Shown here in pieces: positions 34,622-46,100 of a DNA stretch of 46,100 bases. Source of the DNA: Octopus bimaculoides (taxonomy: Eukaryota); contig NC_068987.1 of the NCBI RefSeq assembly GCF_001194135.2, positions 80,796,524 to 80,842,623 on the forward strand, written 5' to 3'. The notes beneath the pieces are model-generated. The model had not been told where the DNA came from. It made no database searches and was given only the letters and a program-made list of their open reading frames with translations. The translations under genes and the position numbers were made by a program. Each line of letters opens with the position of its first letter. The stretch's first letter is position 1.

Positions 34622-34800
34622 GTGAAGGTGCATGGCTTAGTGGTTAAGGTGTTACACTCATGATTGCAAGATCATGGGTTTAATTCCCAGATCGGGCATT
34701 GCATTGTGTTCTTGAGTAAAGCACTTCATTTCACGTTGCTCTGCAATCATTTCGTCATCTGACATGTAGCACATGGTACACCTGTACAGGTAATGTCAAC
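34622..34800 (+). mobile_element. SINE with a family D-like head and a different body; related copies at 38745-38925 (-), 39812-40070 (+) and 45812-46000 (-)
   Basis: tggcttagtggttaaggtgttacactcatgattgcaag head; gttcttgagtaaagcacttcatttcacg. Confidence 0.65.
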
Positions 34801-34874
34801 TGTGTGGTTGTTCAGTAAGAAATTCTCGAATCGTCATATGTCGTCTAATGATGGAAGTGTCCATCTTATATATA

Positions 34875-35037
34875 TATATGATGGGATTCTTTCAGTTTCT
34901 GTCTACCAAATCCACTCACAAGGCTTTGGCTGGCCCAGGACTATAGTGGAAGACACTTGCCCAAGGTGCCATGCAGTGGGATTGAATCCAGAACCATGTG
35001 GTTAGGAAGCAAACTTCTTACCACGGAGCCATGCCAA
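34875..35037 (-). mobile_element. SINE family A head
   Basis: Standard head module. Confidence 0.8.
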
Positions 35038-35649
35038 CACCAAATGAATGAATTTGCCAGCAAAGGTTTGCTTTGTAGCTTCTGTCCCATTCTTGAGTAT
35101 TTCTGATTCATCATAGAGAACTTGTGAAAGGAAAAAGTGTTAATTAGCAACCCGTTGTTAAATCTTCAATCAAAAATGTAAAATAGCAACGACGACAACA
35201 ACAAGTAAATAAATAAATGAATAAATAAGTCAATAAATTCTAAAGTGAAGCAACAGAGGCTGATATATATACATTTAACATAAATAACAAGATGAAAAAG
35301 AATGCTGCCATTTCAAACAGTGATAAGTTAAAACAATACAACTAATATACAGAAATACAAAATGGCACATTTATCTCACTTAGACTAAATAAACAGAAAG
35401 AAATAAAGCAATAACACAAATTAAATATTCCAGTTTCAAAAATGTCATGAAGTAAACAATGTGTTTTACCTAATTTCAGTAAACTAGGTGAAATAATTAT
35501 ACCTATACGATTTTACAAAAATTATCTATTCTAATATTTATATTATAACTATTCCCCCTTCTCTTAAAAACAAACTATAAATCAAGTTGGACAGTTCGTG
35601 TAAGACTTTGATAAGTTCAGTTGTCATGAGAGGTGGAGAATTGCATGCG

Positions 35650-35960
35650 TATGTGTGAAGTGTATCTATGAGAGAAAGGGCTATGGATATGGATATGTAT
35701 ATATACATGTGTGTGTGTGTGTATGTATGCATGCATGTATGTACATATGTATGTATGTATGTATGTATGTGTATATATGTATATATGTATATATATATGT
35801 ATGTATGTATATATGTGTGTGTGTGTATGTATGCATGTATATATGTATGTATATATATATATGTATATATATCTATATCTATCTATACATATATGTATGT
35901 ATATATGTATGTGTGTATATATATATATGTGTGGGTGTGTGTATATATATACACACACCC
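35650..35960. repeat. Complex (TATG)n/(TA)n/(TG)n microsatellite
   Basis: Directly visible; source of several spurious ORFs. Confidence 0.95.
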
Positions 35961-36489
35961 ACAGAATCCTTTGTGTTTTTGTTTTTATTTTTTGCATTTA
36001 CAATTTATTCTTTCACCTCAACCACGAGCTGGCATACACAGGTGCTTACAATTGTCAAGTATTGCCTCTAACATTTACTTTATATATATACATATATATA
36101 TCGAGAGAGAGAGAGAGAAAGGTACCGTGGACATGAAAAGTGAAGTGTTGCATGNNNNNNNNNNAATCGGTAAAGCCAAGAGAGAGAGAGGGAGAGGAAG
36201 AGAGAGAGAGGTGAGTTGATGTGAAAGACTCAGGGAGGAGTTTAGAATTGGAGAGGAGGTGCAGAAACAGCCAATGTGCTAAGCCAGGCAAGAGAAGGTG
36301 GTGGTCGTGGTGGTGGTGGTGGTGGTAGCGGTGGTGTTAAAGAGCGGGAGAGAAATGTAGAGGGAACAATATGTAAAAGAAGCAAGAGGTGTAGGAGAAA
36401 GAGACGAAGACCAATTGCATCTAGAAAATTACTTTAAAATATTTAAATCATATCATTCTCTCTTTCTCTTGTTCAAATTCCAAATTTTA

Positions 36490-36965
36490 TCTTTATTCTT
36501 TAACTCGTGTCAGTCATTGGACCAAGGCCATGCTGGGGCACAACCTTGAAGGGTTTAGTCTAACACAATGGTTCCCAAAGTGGGCGGTACTGCTCCCTTG
36601 TGGGTGGTGGAAAGATCAAGAGGGGGCATTGAAGAGAAGTGGGGTAATAATAGGGTGGCCAAAAGGGGCAATGGATGTAACCTCCGCCCCCCCCCCCCAA
36701 AAAAAAATAATGGGTTAATTAGGTTAAGTTTTATTTGTGAAATACTGTCGTTTTGAATTTTCTGCAGAAAGTGGTCTCCGTTTATGGTGCTGAGTGGGAG
36801 GTGTGTGTGTGCTAGGAATGTGGTTTGAGTGTCAAGGGGGCAGCACCCCCAAAAAGTTTGGGAACCACTTTTTCAACACATCGATTACAGTACTTGTCTT
36901 GTAAGTCTGGTACTAATTTTATTGGTGTCTTTTGCCAGAGTGCTAAGTTAATTGGCACTTTGGTT
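36490..36965 (-). mobile_element. SINE family A tail split by a hAT MITE
   Basis: Tail halves at 36490-36565 and 36871-36965. Confidence 0.7.
36566..36870. mobile_element. hAT (Charlie-like) MITE inserted into a SINE tail
   Basis: TIRs caatggttcccaaa / tttgggaaccactt; degenerate 8-bp target duplication gtctaaca / tttcaaca; the SINE sequence resumes on both sides. Confidence 0.8.
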
Positions 36966-36967
36966 AC

Positions 36968-37205
36968 TACGGTGAAGGTTTCAATTGATCTGATCAATGA
37001 AACAGCCTGCTCGTGAAATTGGCATGCAAGTGGCTGAGTACTCCACAGACATGTGTACCCTTAATGTAGTCTTCAAGGAGATTCAGAGTAACACAGGATA
37101 TGACATGACTGCCCCCCCCCCCGACGTACAAGTTCTACTCATTTTTGCTAGCTGAGTGGATTGCAGCAACATGAAATAAAAGTGTCTTGCTCAAGGACAC
37201 AATGC
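36968..37205 (-). mobile_element. SINE family D body
   Basis: Reverse complement of 16990-17200. Confidence 0.8.
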
Positions 37206-37244
37206 AACCAAATACCCAACCACCAAGCCACATACCTTCACAAA

Positions 37245-37490
37245 GTTCTAAGTTACATGGACATAAACAAACCAACATCTGTTGTACCTGGTGGGAGTGG
37301 GGGGTGACAAAAACTCAAAGCCACACACACACACACATGATAAGCTTCCACACAGTTTCCATTTAGTAAATCCACTCATAAGATATTGGTTGGCCAGAGA
37401 TAATAGTAGAAGACACTTGCCCCCAGGTGGGACTGAACCTGAAAACATGTGGTTGAAAAGTGAGCTTCTTAATCATTTTACTGAATCCAT
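37245..37490 (-). mobile_element. SINE family A, degenerate
   Basis: Head and partial tail modules. Confidence 0.7.
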
Positions 37491-38039
37491 GTATAATTAA
37501 GGTCACAGGAGATGCAGTTGTTCGTTTTCAAAACCAATCACTGACCAGAGTCAATGTCCAATTTATCTTAATTAAAATTTAAACCATCACCATCACCATC
37601 ATTAGTTTCATATGACATTGCTGATGTCATTGTTTAACCCTCAAGTCAGCTCTGACTGAATAAATCTATGCTCAGGTGTCAAAACCATGACCATCCCACC
37701 TTTTCCTCAGGCATCCTTCAAATTATGCCATCCTAAAAAGCTGAAGGACACCCAAAATCTCCATCAGCTTTTTTTAGGATGTTACGAAGTGATGTGAGGG
37801 AGATTTGGCTCTTATTTCTTACAGGTTAAGCAACCACAGAGGCTTGTTCAGAAGCTCATGACAATGTATGGATGTCTTTTTCCTATTTTAACCAGTATAA
37901 CAAGAGTTTGCAGTATAGCATACAGCCAAGTATTTCAGATTAATCTATTAGGGCCCGTCTCCTCAAACTATCTTTGATCATCACCACCACCACCACCTCC
38001 GCTGCCGCTACCACTGCTACCGCCACCACTAAAACCACC

Positions 38040-38375
38040 ACCACCACCATCATCATTTAACATCCATTTTCCATGTTGGATGGTTTGACCAGAGCTAGTA
38101 AGGCCGCCAGGCCACACCAAGCCCCATTGTCTGTTCTGGTATGGTTTCTATGGTTGGATGCCCTTCCTAATGCCAACTACTCTACAGTGTGTACTGGGTG
38201 CTTTTTCTGTGGCATCAGCACCATTTGCTTTTAGCATGGTACCAACATCGGTGCTTTTTATGTGGAACCAGCACCAGCATCAATTCTGCTGTGGCAGACA
38301 GGTCTTCTTGAGTACAGCAATGTGCCAGATATCTCCATCCGTAGTTATGTCCTTCATAAGGCTCAGTGTCTTGAG
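38040..38375 (-). mobile_element. Degenerate RTE 3' UTR fragment
   Basis: catcatcatttaacatcc...ggatgcccttcctaatgccaac plus decayed VNTR units. Confidence 0.7.
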
Positions 38376-39721
38376 ATTGGCCTTCATTTGATTACATTTA
38401 AGAGTACTTTTGATAACATTATCAGCCATTATTGAAAGGATCACCTAATGTACTCTACTCAAGAAATTCATATCAGTCTTTAAAAATATACAGGTACAGG
38501 CATACCTGAATGGTTAAAAAGTTAATTTTGCAACCATTTGGTTTTGGGTTGACTCCCACTGCACAAAACCTAGGGCAAGTGTCTTCTGCTATAACTCCAG
38601 GCTGACCAATGTCTTGTGAGTAAATTTTGTAGATGGAAACTGTGTCAATAGACGATGGACGAGACGTTTGCAATTTCTTGTTGTACAACCACATAGATGA
38701 CTTGTTTATAGTGATCAAATGTTTTTGTGCTGTCCATTAACTCACACCCTCCATCACATCAACATTGCTTATATAGGTGCACAAGTGTGCCACATGTCAG
38801 ATGTCAAAATGACTGCAGTGAAATGAAGTATTTTAGTCAAGAATACAATACATTGTCCAGTCTAAGAATTGAACCCATGACCTAGTGATTGTGAGTATAA
38901 CATCCTAGCTACTAAGCCACAGGCCTTCACTGTATGTATATATGTATGTATGTATGTATGTGTACATGTATGCATGTATGCGTGCATGCATGTATGTGTG
39001 TGTATATATATATTTGTATGTATGTATATGTGTGTTTTCTTCTTCATGTTTGTGTTTATCCTCTCCGCCTACTGCTCAACAACTAGTGTTGGTTTGGTTA
39101 CAGCCCCATAACTTATCAGTTCAGTTAAAGGAACTAATAGAAAAAGTACCAAACTTTAAAAATAAGCACTGGGGTTGATCTGATCGATTAAAACCCCAAA
39201 GTGATACCCAAGCGTGGTGTAGTCCAACGACTGAAAACAAGTCTACAACAAAACATGAAAATGTTTAAGAATCCTTAGAATATACAGAATATTCTCATTT
39301 AACTCAATCATATTTTGATTCACAATCAAATAATTTCCAGTTCAACTTTTAAAGGTCATTTTATACAGTCTAAACAGCCCCAAAGCAATGAAGTTATTTT
39401 CTCTAAATAGTTAATGTTTCCAATCAAAAAATTTTTCTGAGACAGTCTCATAATAAAAAAAATCTTTTTATGAAATATGCATAATAGGTGAGAACTGCAA
39501 GTATGGCTGTGTAGATATGGTGTTTGCTTCATAAGCCAAATGGTTTGGTGTTCCATCCCACTGCATGACAAGAGACTTCTGCATTAGCCTTGAAATGACC
39601 AATGCTTTGTGAATACAACTGGTAGACATAAACTGTTCAGAAGGGTGTGNNNNNNNNNNCTGCATTAGCCTTGAAATGACCAATGCTTTGTGAATACAAC
39701 TGGTAGACATAAACTGTTCAG

Positions 39722-39780
<59 letters not shown>

Positions 39781-41609
39781 TTTAGTTTCCACATGACAGT
39801 GATGCCATCTTTGTGAAGGCATGTGCTGCACTCATAATTGTAAGATTGAAGTTTCAATTCTTGAACTGGGCAGTGCATTGTGTTGCATTCTTGAGCAAGA
39901 CACTTCATTCATATGGCTCCTCTCCACTCAGCTGTAAATGAGTTCCCAGCTGTAAATAACTGGGAAGTTGACTCTATGATGCGCTAGCATCCTCTTCAGG
40001 GGACAGAATTGTCACTTATATGTAACAGAAACGGGGTTAAGCCCTAGCCTTATGAATCCTAGGACTCAGGAGGCAGGGAGAGAGAGAGAGAAAGAGAGCT
40101 GTTATGCTTACATCTGTAAACAACAGACCCTGTAGATCTGCAATTTTGGCTAGATAAAGAAGAAAAAGAATAAACATATGTTACTTGAATAAACAGGTAT
40201 AGTTTGATAACAGGAAAGGCATCCAGCCGTATGAAACTTCTATCCAGCCCATGCCATCATGGAAAAAGCAGATGTAAAAACAATGATGATGATGATCATC
40301 ATCATCATCATGATCATTCCCTCTGCCCTATGCAAGTATGGTCAGAGGGAATTTTCGACAGCCAGATGTCCTTCTTGTAACCAAACCTCACCTGTTTTCA
40401 AGCAAGATATTTCCCTGTGGCCAAACACGTTTTTCATGGAAGTAACATAGCTTGCATGATGTGGTGCTTGTTTACAAGCATTACATGATGTCAAGAGAAG
40501 TGTACAAGCACACACACACAACAGGCTTCTTTCAGTTTTTATCAACCAAATTCACTCACTAGAGTTTGGTCAGCCTGGGGTTATATTGGAGGATACTTCA
40601 GCCAGGGTGCTATGCAACAGGACTGAACTGAAGAGATGGCTGGGAAGCAAACTTCTTAAACACAGAGCCATGTGTGTGACTGCTACTAATGTAGTGTGAT
40701 CTATTAAAAATAATTAGTGTGATTTTTTTAATTACATTATGTCTCTGTAAAGGTTTTTTTCAAAAATAGACTGCAAAAAATGCTAGATATTGTCTCCCCC
40801 ATGAACTTATGGTTGAATAATAAATCAAGCAGTTAATATCAGATAAAATAGTGATAGATGTAAGATAAACATTAGGAATTAGTAAGAAAATTTCTAGAAT
40901 GATGTCTTCTTATGATAACAATCATTACAAGACAGGAAAACTGATCATTGTTGTAACTGTCTGACCCCCAGGTCAGCTGTGATAACTTTGTCATTTTAAT
41001 ATTTTTTCAAACACAGTGTACAATACAGTTTCCCTAATCTGGCATTTCTGGGATCTGGGTAAAGCTGGATTATCAAATATGCAAGTGTACTAGTATTTAG
41101 TCTTAAAAAAAGAACAACAAAACTAAGTCTTTTAATTAGGTCATCAGACATTTAACAGTATTTTTCAGGAGCTTCAATCTCTGCTAAGCTTCTTTTTTTC
41201 TTTTCATTTTCCTTTTTCTTTATTGCTAGGCAAATTATGCTTACAAATGCAATGCCATGTTTAAATTTTCTCAATTATCCAACTGTATACACCCAAATAA
41301 ATCTCTGCACTCCTCTAGTTTTCAAGTAATTGCTTGGCATTTTCAATGATATTGCCACTGAAGCTGGCTTTCAGATCACTTTTCATTAAACCACTTAACA
41401 TCACATCTATTTCTGAAAATTTTATTAATTTATTTATTATTTTTGCTTAACTCTTAACATCCTGTTTGACATAATTCCACCCAACAGTACATATATCTGT
41501 CAGTCTTGAAACCACCCAAGTCAAACCAAAATTGTTTATATTCATTTTCAAGGAAGTCCTAAACTATTCTAATCTAAAAGAGACAACTTTAATCCCTGCC
41601 TCTAACGTT

Positions 41610-41862
41610 TTTTTTTATTTTTACTTATTTCAGTCATTAGACTGTGACCATGCTGGGGCACCGCTTTGAAGAATTTTAGTTGAACAAATCAACCTCAGGA
41701 CTTATTTTTCCAAGCCTGGTACTTATTCTATCGGTTCCTTTTGCTGAACCGCTAAGCTATGGTTGCCAAGTGATGTTGGAGGGGGGGACTAACACAGACA
41801 CAAACATATACATATATATATACATATATATACATACATATATATACATATACATACATATA

Positions 41863-41903
<41 letters not shown>

Positions 41904-42361
41904 NNNNNNNNNNNNNNNNNNNNNNNNNNNNNNNNNNNNNNNNNNNNNNNNNNNNNNNNNNNNNNNNNNNNNNNNNNNNNNNNNNNNNNNNNNNNNNNNN
42001 NNNNNNNNNNNNNNNNNNNNNNNNNNNNNNNNNNNNNNNNNNNNNNNNNNNNNNNNNNNNNNNNNNNNNNNNNNNCTACTTAGCACACAGATACTCCTGC
42101 ACCTTATTCTATTTTTTGCTGAACCGCTAAGTTACAGGGACATAAACATACCAGCACTGGTTGTCAAGCAATGGTGGGGGACAACAGACAGAAAGACACA
42201 CACACACAGGGGCTTCTTACAGTTTCCATCTACCAAATCCACTCACAAGACATTGGTTCACCTAAGATGATAGTAGAAGACACTTGCTCAAGTTGCCACA
42301 CAATGGGACTGAACCTGGAACTATGTGGTTGGGAAACAAACTTCTTACCACACAGCCATGT
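41610..42361 (-). mobile_element. Two SINE family A copies flanking an assembly gap
   Basis: Tail at 41610-41903; second copy at 42090-42361. Confidence 0.8.
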
Positions 42362-42834
42362 TATATTTACATTCTGTAATATTTGCAATTAACTCTCACT
42401 GCATTGATTAAATTTTTACTGATGATGTAACTAACACACCAATCACATGCAGATCAGTCCTCAAAACTGCTTTCTTTTGGCCAGTAAAAATACAATGTGT
42501 ATACTACATAATCTGAAATATGGAGAAATCTGGGAAGTATCCCACCATCAAAAAGTTCCTATGTCTAAGTTCTCACACAATAATGGTAAAAATCAACCCA
42601 CAAGTTGCTGAATGTTAGTGGTTTATTCTCAGAATTTTTTTCTAATCAAAACTTCGATGCATACATGGGCATGTTGTTTAGAAAGGGAGTAACTCAGCTT
42701 TCCTGTAAATTTCATAATGAAAAAAACTACAAAAAAACTACAAACTGCCATGGAGAAATATTTTGCTCTTGTTTGCAATCTTTTTATGTCCATGCCTCTT
42801 ATTAATTATATTTATCATAACTGTTTCTTATTTC

Positions 42835-42962
42835 TTTATTGCCCACAAGGGGCTAAACATAGAGGGGACAAACAAGGACAGACAAAGGGGTTAGTCGATT
42901 ACATCGACCCCAGTGTGTAACTGGTACTTAATTTATTGACCCTGAAAGATGAAAGGCAAAAG
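42835..42962 (-). mobile_element. SINE family C core with alternative tail
   Basis: atcgaccccagtgtgtaactggtacttaatttattgaccctgaaagatgaaaggcaaa. Confidence 0.7.
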
Positions 42963-43574
42963 TGCTGGTCTTGCGTCAAAATTTGTAACAAATAACATCA
43001 CTTGTTACAGATTTAATAATATCATTGGTTACTGGTTTTCAATAGCCCAACAATAGCCCTCTTCTGATGGAAGTGACAAGAGAATGCTTCACTCAATGCA
43101 GAACAAATATATCAAGGATCTTTGTTAGCTTTTTTCCCTTTTCTCACCAATTCTTCCCTCCTTTGCCAAACAGACACATACACACATGTGCACTTGAGAT
43201 TGTGGTTGATTGGATTAATTTATATTTAACGAAGAAGAGGTCAATGTCAAAAACAGAGTGCACACACATGCACACACACAAACATACACACACATATAAT
43301 TCCTCATTTCCTTATAATATGGCCAGGATGTTTCAAATTTCAATCTCCTTTTTGTAAAGAAATTGTTTCTTATAAGGAAACGAAAACTGAAACATCACAT
43401 CCTGGCAAAGTTTGCATTAAGTTTTAATGTATGTAAGTTTTAATGTGTGTGTATGCAATAGACTTCCACACAGTTTGTATTTATCAAATAATATGCACAA
43501 GGTATTGATTTACCTAGTATTTGTAATAGGGAAGGGGCTAGGAGAAATTAAAAGGGAGCAGATAAACTGCTACA

Positions 43575-43995
43575 TTTAAGGCTGTGAGTTCAATACCTAG
43601 TGGTACATTGTGTCCTTGGGCAAGACACTTTATTTCACAATGCTCCAGTCCACTCAGCTAGCAAAATAAGCAGTACCTGTATTTCAAAAGGCCAGCCATG
43701 TCATATTCTGTGTCACACTGAATCTATGTTAAGGGTACATGTGTCAGTGGAGTACTCAGCCACTCACGCATTAATTTCAAGAGCAAGTTGTTCCATCGAC
43801 TGGGTCACCTCGAACCTCGTTGGTGTATCCAATGGAGTACCAGTTCTTCAGACCTTAAACTTTCTTGAAATTGTCTTACATCAGGATGATGAAGGCACAT
43901 GGTTAAGGTGTTGCACTCACAATCACAAGATTGTGGTTTCAATTCCCAGACTGAGTGGTGTGCTGTGTTCTCAAGCAAAATACACACACACATTC
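43575..43995 (+). mobile_element. SINE family D copy followed by a second head
   Basis: 43575-43842 matches the 16915 copy; new head at 43893. Confidence 0.8.
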
Positions 43996-44059
43996 TGAAA
44001 GCAATGAACAAAAACTGAAAGAAGACAGCAGAGATGGGACAAATTTTAACAAATGTATT

Positions 44060-44760
44060 AGCTTAACATTTGAAAGGAAGTAAAGAGTCTTGATGATTAG
44101 GAGGTTAGTCTTTCGTCAGAAGAAAAATACAAGAGAAAAGTGCAAGAGAACTGAAAGAGAAAAAAGTGGTTTGAGGAAAAATGAGCAAGGGGATTAAGGG
44201 CCAGGTGAAAACATAGTACTATGAGGCAATTGAGAAGAAAAGAGGAGTAAGGGATACATATGTAGGAGTCTATCCATGTATTGAGTTGGCATTATGGTTT
44301 GAGGTGTAAATGGGCTTTCTTTTTGGTAGAGGGATGTGTGTAGAAGTGTGCAAGTAGTATGGAAGTGTAGAGGTGTGGGTGGTCGGTTGGTATGATGTGG
44401 AATTATATTGTGTGTGCGTAAAGCTTGGAAGTAAGGAGGTAGTAATGTGTGAAAGCATGAGGTGAAAAGTAAAACAAGAGGAATGGGAAGAGTGTTGGAA
44501 AGAGTGTTATGCATAAGAATATGAGTGTGAAAGGCTGTTGACAGAGAAGTACTAGAGGAACAGGAGGAAATATAGATATAGAGAAAGAAAAATTACAATA
44601 CAACAACAGTGCAAAAATTAGTGGAGCCACATGGAGGGGCAAAGAGCAGGTAATAGAGGTGTGAGCATGTATCAGATCAGAAGATAAAGCATATCAGCAA
44701 AAGGGAGAAAAATAAATATAAACAAGAGGTAAATCAAAAAAACCAAAAGAATTACGCAAA
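44060..44760 (-). mobile_element. Strand-asymmetric (G/A-rich on plus) repeat remnant ending in a decayed hammerhead-like motif; possible Penelope-type 3' end
   Basis: Minus strand CTT-CTGACGA-AAG...CTTTC-AAAT-GTT-AAG at 44062-44122; strong purine skew across 44130-44760. Confidence 0.3.
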
Positions 44761-45076
44761 CCGAAAATAAATAGAGAGAGAGNNNNNNNNNNNNNNNNNN
44801 NNNNNNNNNNNNNNNNNNNNNNNNNNNNNNNNNNNNNNNNNNNNNNNNNNNNNNNNNNNNNNNNNNNNNNNNNNNNNNNNNNNNNNNNNNNNNNNNNNNN
44901 NNNNNNNNNNNNNNNNNNNNNNNNNNNNNNNNNNNNNNNNNNNNNNNNNNNNNNNNNNNNNNNNNNNNNNNNNNNNNNNNNNNNNNNNNNNNNNNNNNNN
45001 NNNNNNNNNNNNNNNNNNNNNNNNNNNNNNNNNNNNNNNNNNNNNNNNNNNNNNNNNNNNNNNNNNNNNNNNNNNN

Positions 45077-45131
<55 letters not shown>

Positions 45132-46066
45132 AGTAATTTACAATGAAACTGATGAAAAAAATCATAATGCTGGTGAAAGGTCTGTGGAAGTTATATTACT
45201 GGTTCAAAGTCAGGGAAGATAGAAGCTGAAGAATAAGAAATGAGCAAAAGTGGTGTATGCATATGTAGAAGGTTTATAATACAGAAGACTAAAAAGAGAA
45301 AAGAATTTATATTCATACATAAATATATATATGCATATAAATATATGTACATATATTTTATAATATATTATTATTAATATCAGGAAATCAATATTAGAAA
45401 ATTCATCAGAAAGATATAAACATGTGTAGAATAATTGTTGTATTAAAAATATATGTAAATATATAGAAGTTTAAATATATAATGATAATAAATATGTCAG
45501 TTTAAAAGTTTTTAATTAAGTTTTAAAGCATCTTACGATCGTTTCACGGAAGTGCTGTCCTAATAATGGAATCCTATATTGATAAGCATTTATAGACAAC
45601 TCTTCTGCTCTTCAGAGATATAAACTTTGAATTTTGTATAATTTATCGAATGTTAGCTTATATAAATATATGTACATATACAAATATATACAAATATATA
45701 CATACTATGAATTGTAGTTTCTTGAATCTGAGAAAGATGGTTCTGCAATTTCATACTGAACAACCCACATAGACGATTTATTTATAGTGATAAAATATTT
45801 GTGCTGTACATTAGCTCACACCCTCCATCAGTTCAATATTGGTTGTACAGGTGTACAGTGTACAGTATATCGGGTACTGAAGTGATTGAACATCAACATG
45901 AAAGAAAGTGCTTCGCATAACAACAGGACGCACTGCCCGGTCCAGGAGTTGAACCAATGATCTCGTGATTGTGAGTGCAAACCCTAACCACTGTATCACA
46001 TGACCTAATACATACATACATCTTATATATATATATATATATATCATCATCATCATCATCATCATC

Positions 46067-46100
<34 letters not shown>

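Noticed and set aside
35538-35670. Frame TTELIKVLHELSNLIYS resembling the missing TCEANC2 exon (TKENLVEALQELKKKIPS)
   Set aside because: Lacks the conserved KKIPS and VVVVEDI motifs; stops intervene before the nearest G|GT donor.
39579-39730. 71-bp direct duplication on either side of a 10-N gap
   Set aside because: Identical copies abutting a gap indicate unmerged contig overlap, an assembly artefact.
39960-40005. Minus-strand CTGAAGA-GGATGC-tagc-GCATC hairpin
   Set aside because: No GAAA or cleavage triplet; part of a SINE body.

Overview
AT-rich, microsatellite-dense eukaryotic DNA. The SINE/MITE families, dinucleotide tracts and gap pattern point to a coleoid cephalopod, most likely an Octopus draft assembly (inferred from recognised repeats, not from a search). 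One protein-coding gene is well supported: the last two coding exons of a TCEANC2 orthologue on the minus strand (27145-27338 and 13150-13350). They have canonical splice sites, matching phase 0, a 13.8 kb intron between them and a polyA signal at about 12965. Its 5' exons were not found in the resolved sequence. The rest is a layered set of transposable elements: at least four SINE families, RTE LINE fossils with a VNTR-bearing 3' UTR, a CR1/L2-type LINE 3' end sharing its tail with the main SINE, RLE-type fragments (R4/CRE-like and HERO-like), a Penelope-like element (RT plus GIY-YIG), and piggyBac-type and hAT-type MITEs. The most notable signal is a set of hammerhead-ribozyme motifs in short units next to (TA)n tracts. 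These are one canonical type I hammerhead (34446-34529, minus), one core variant (11073-11110), a palindromic degenerate pair (8735-8867), a half motif in a long hairpin loop (20968-21116) and a decayed motif (about 44.1 kb). Together they suggest Penelope pseudo-LTR or retrozyme-like elements. Most ORFs in the supplied track are microsatellite, gap or repeat artefacts. No rRNA, true tRNA or CRISPR was seen. Repeat boundaries were read by eye and are approximate (about 10-20 bp).
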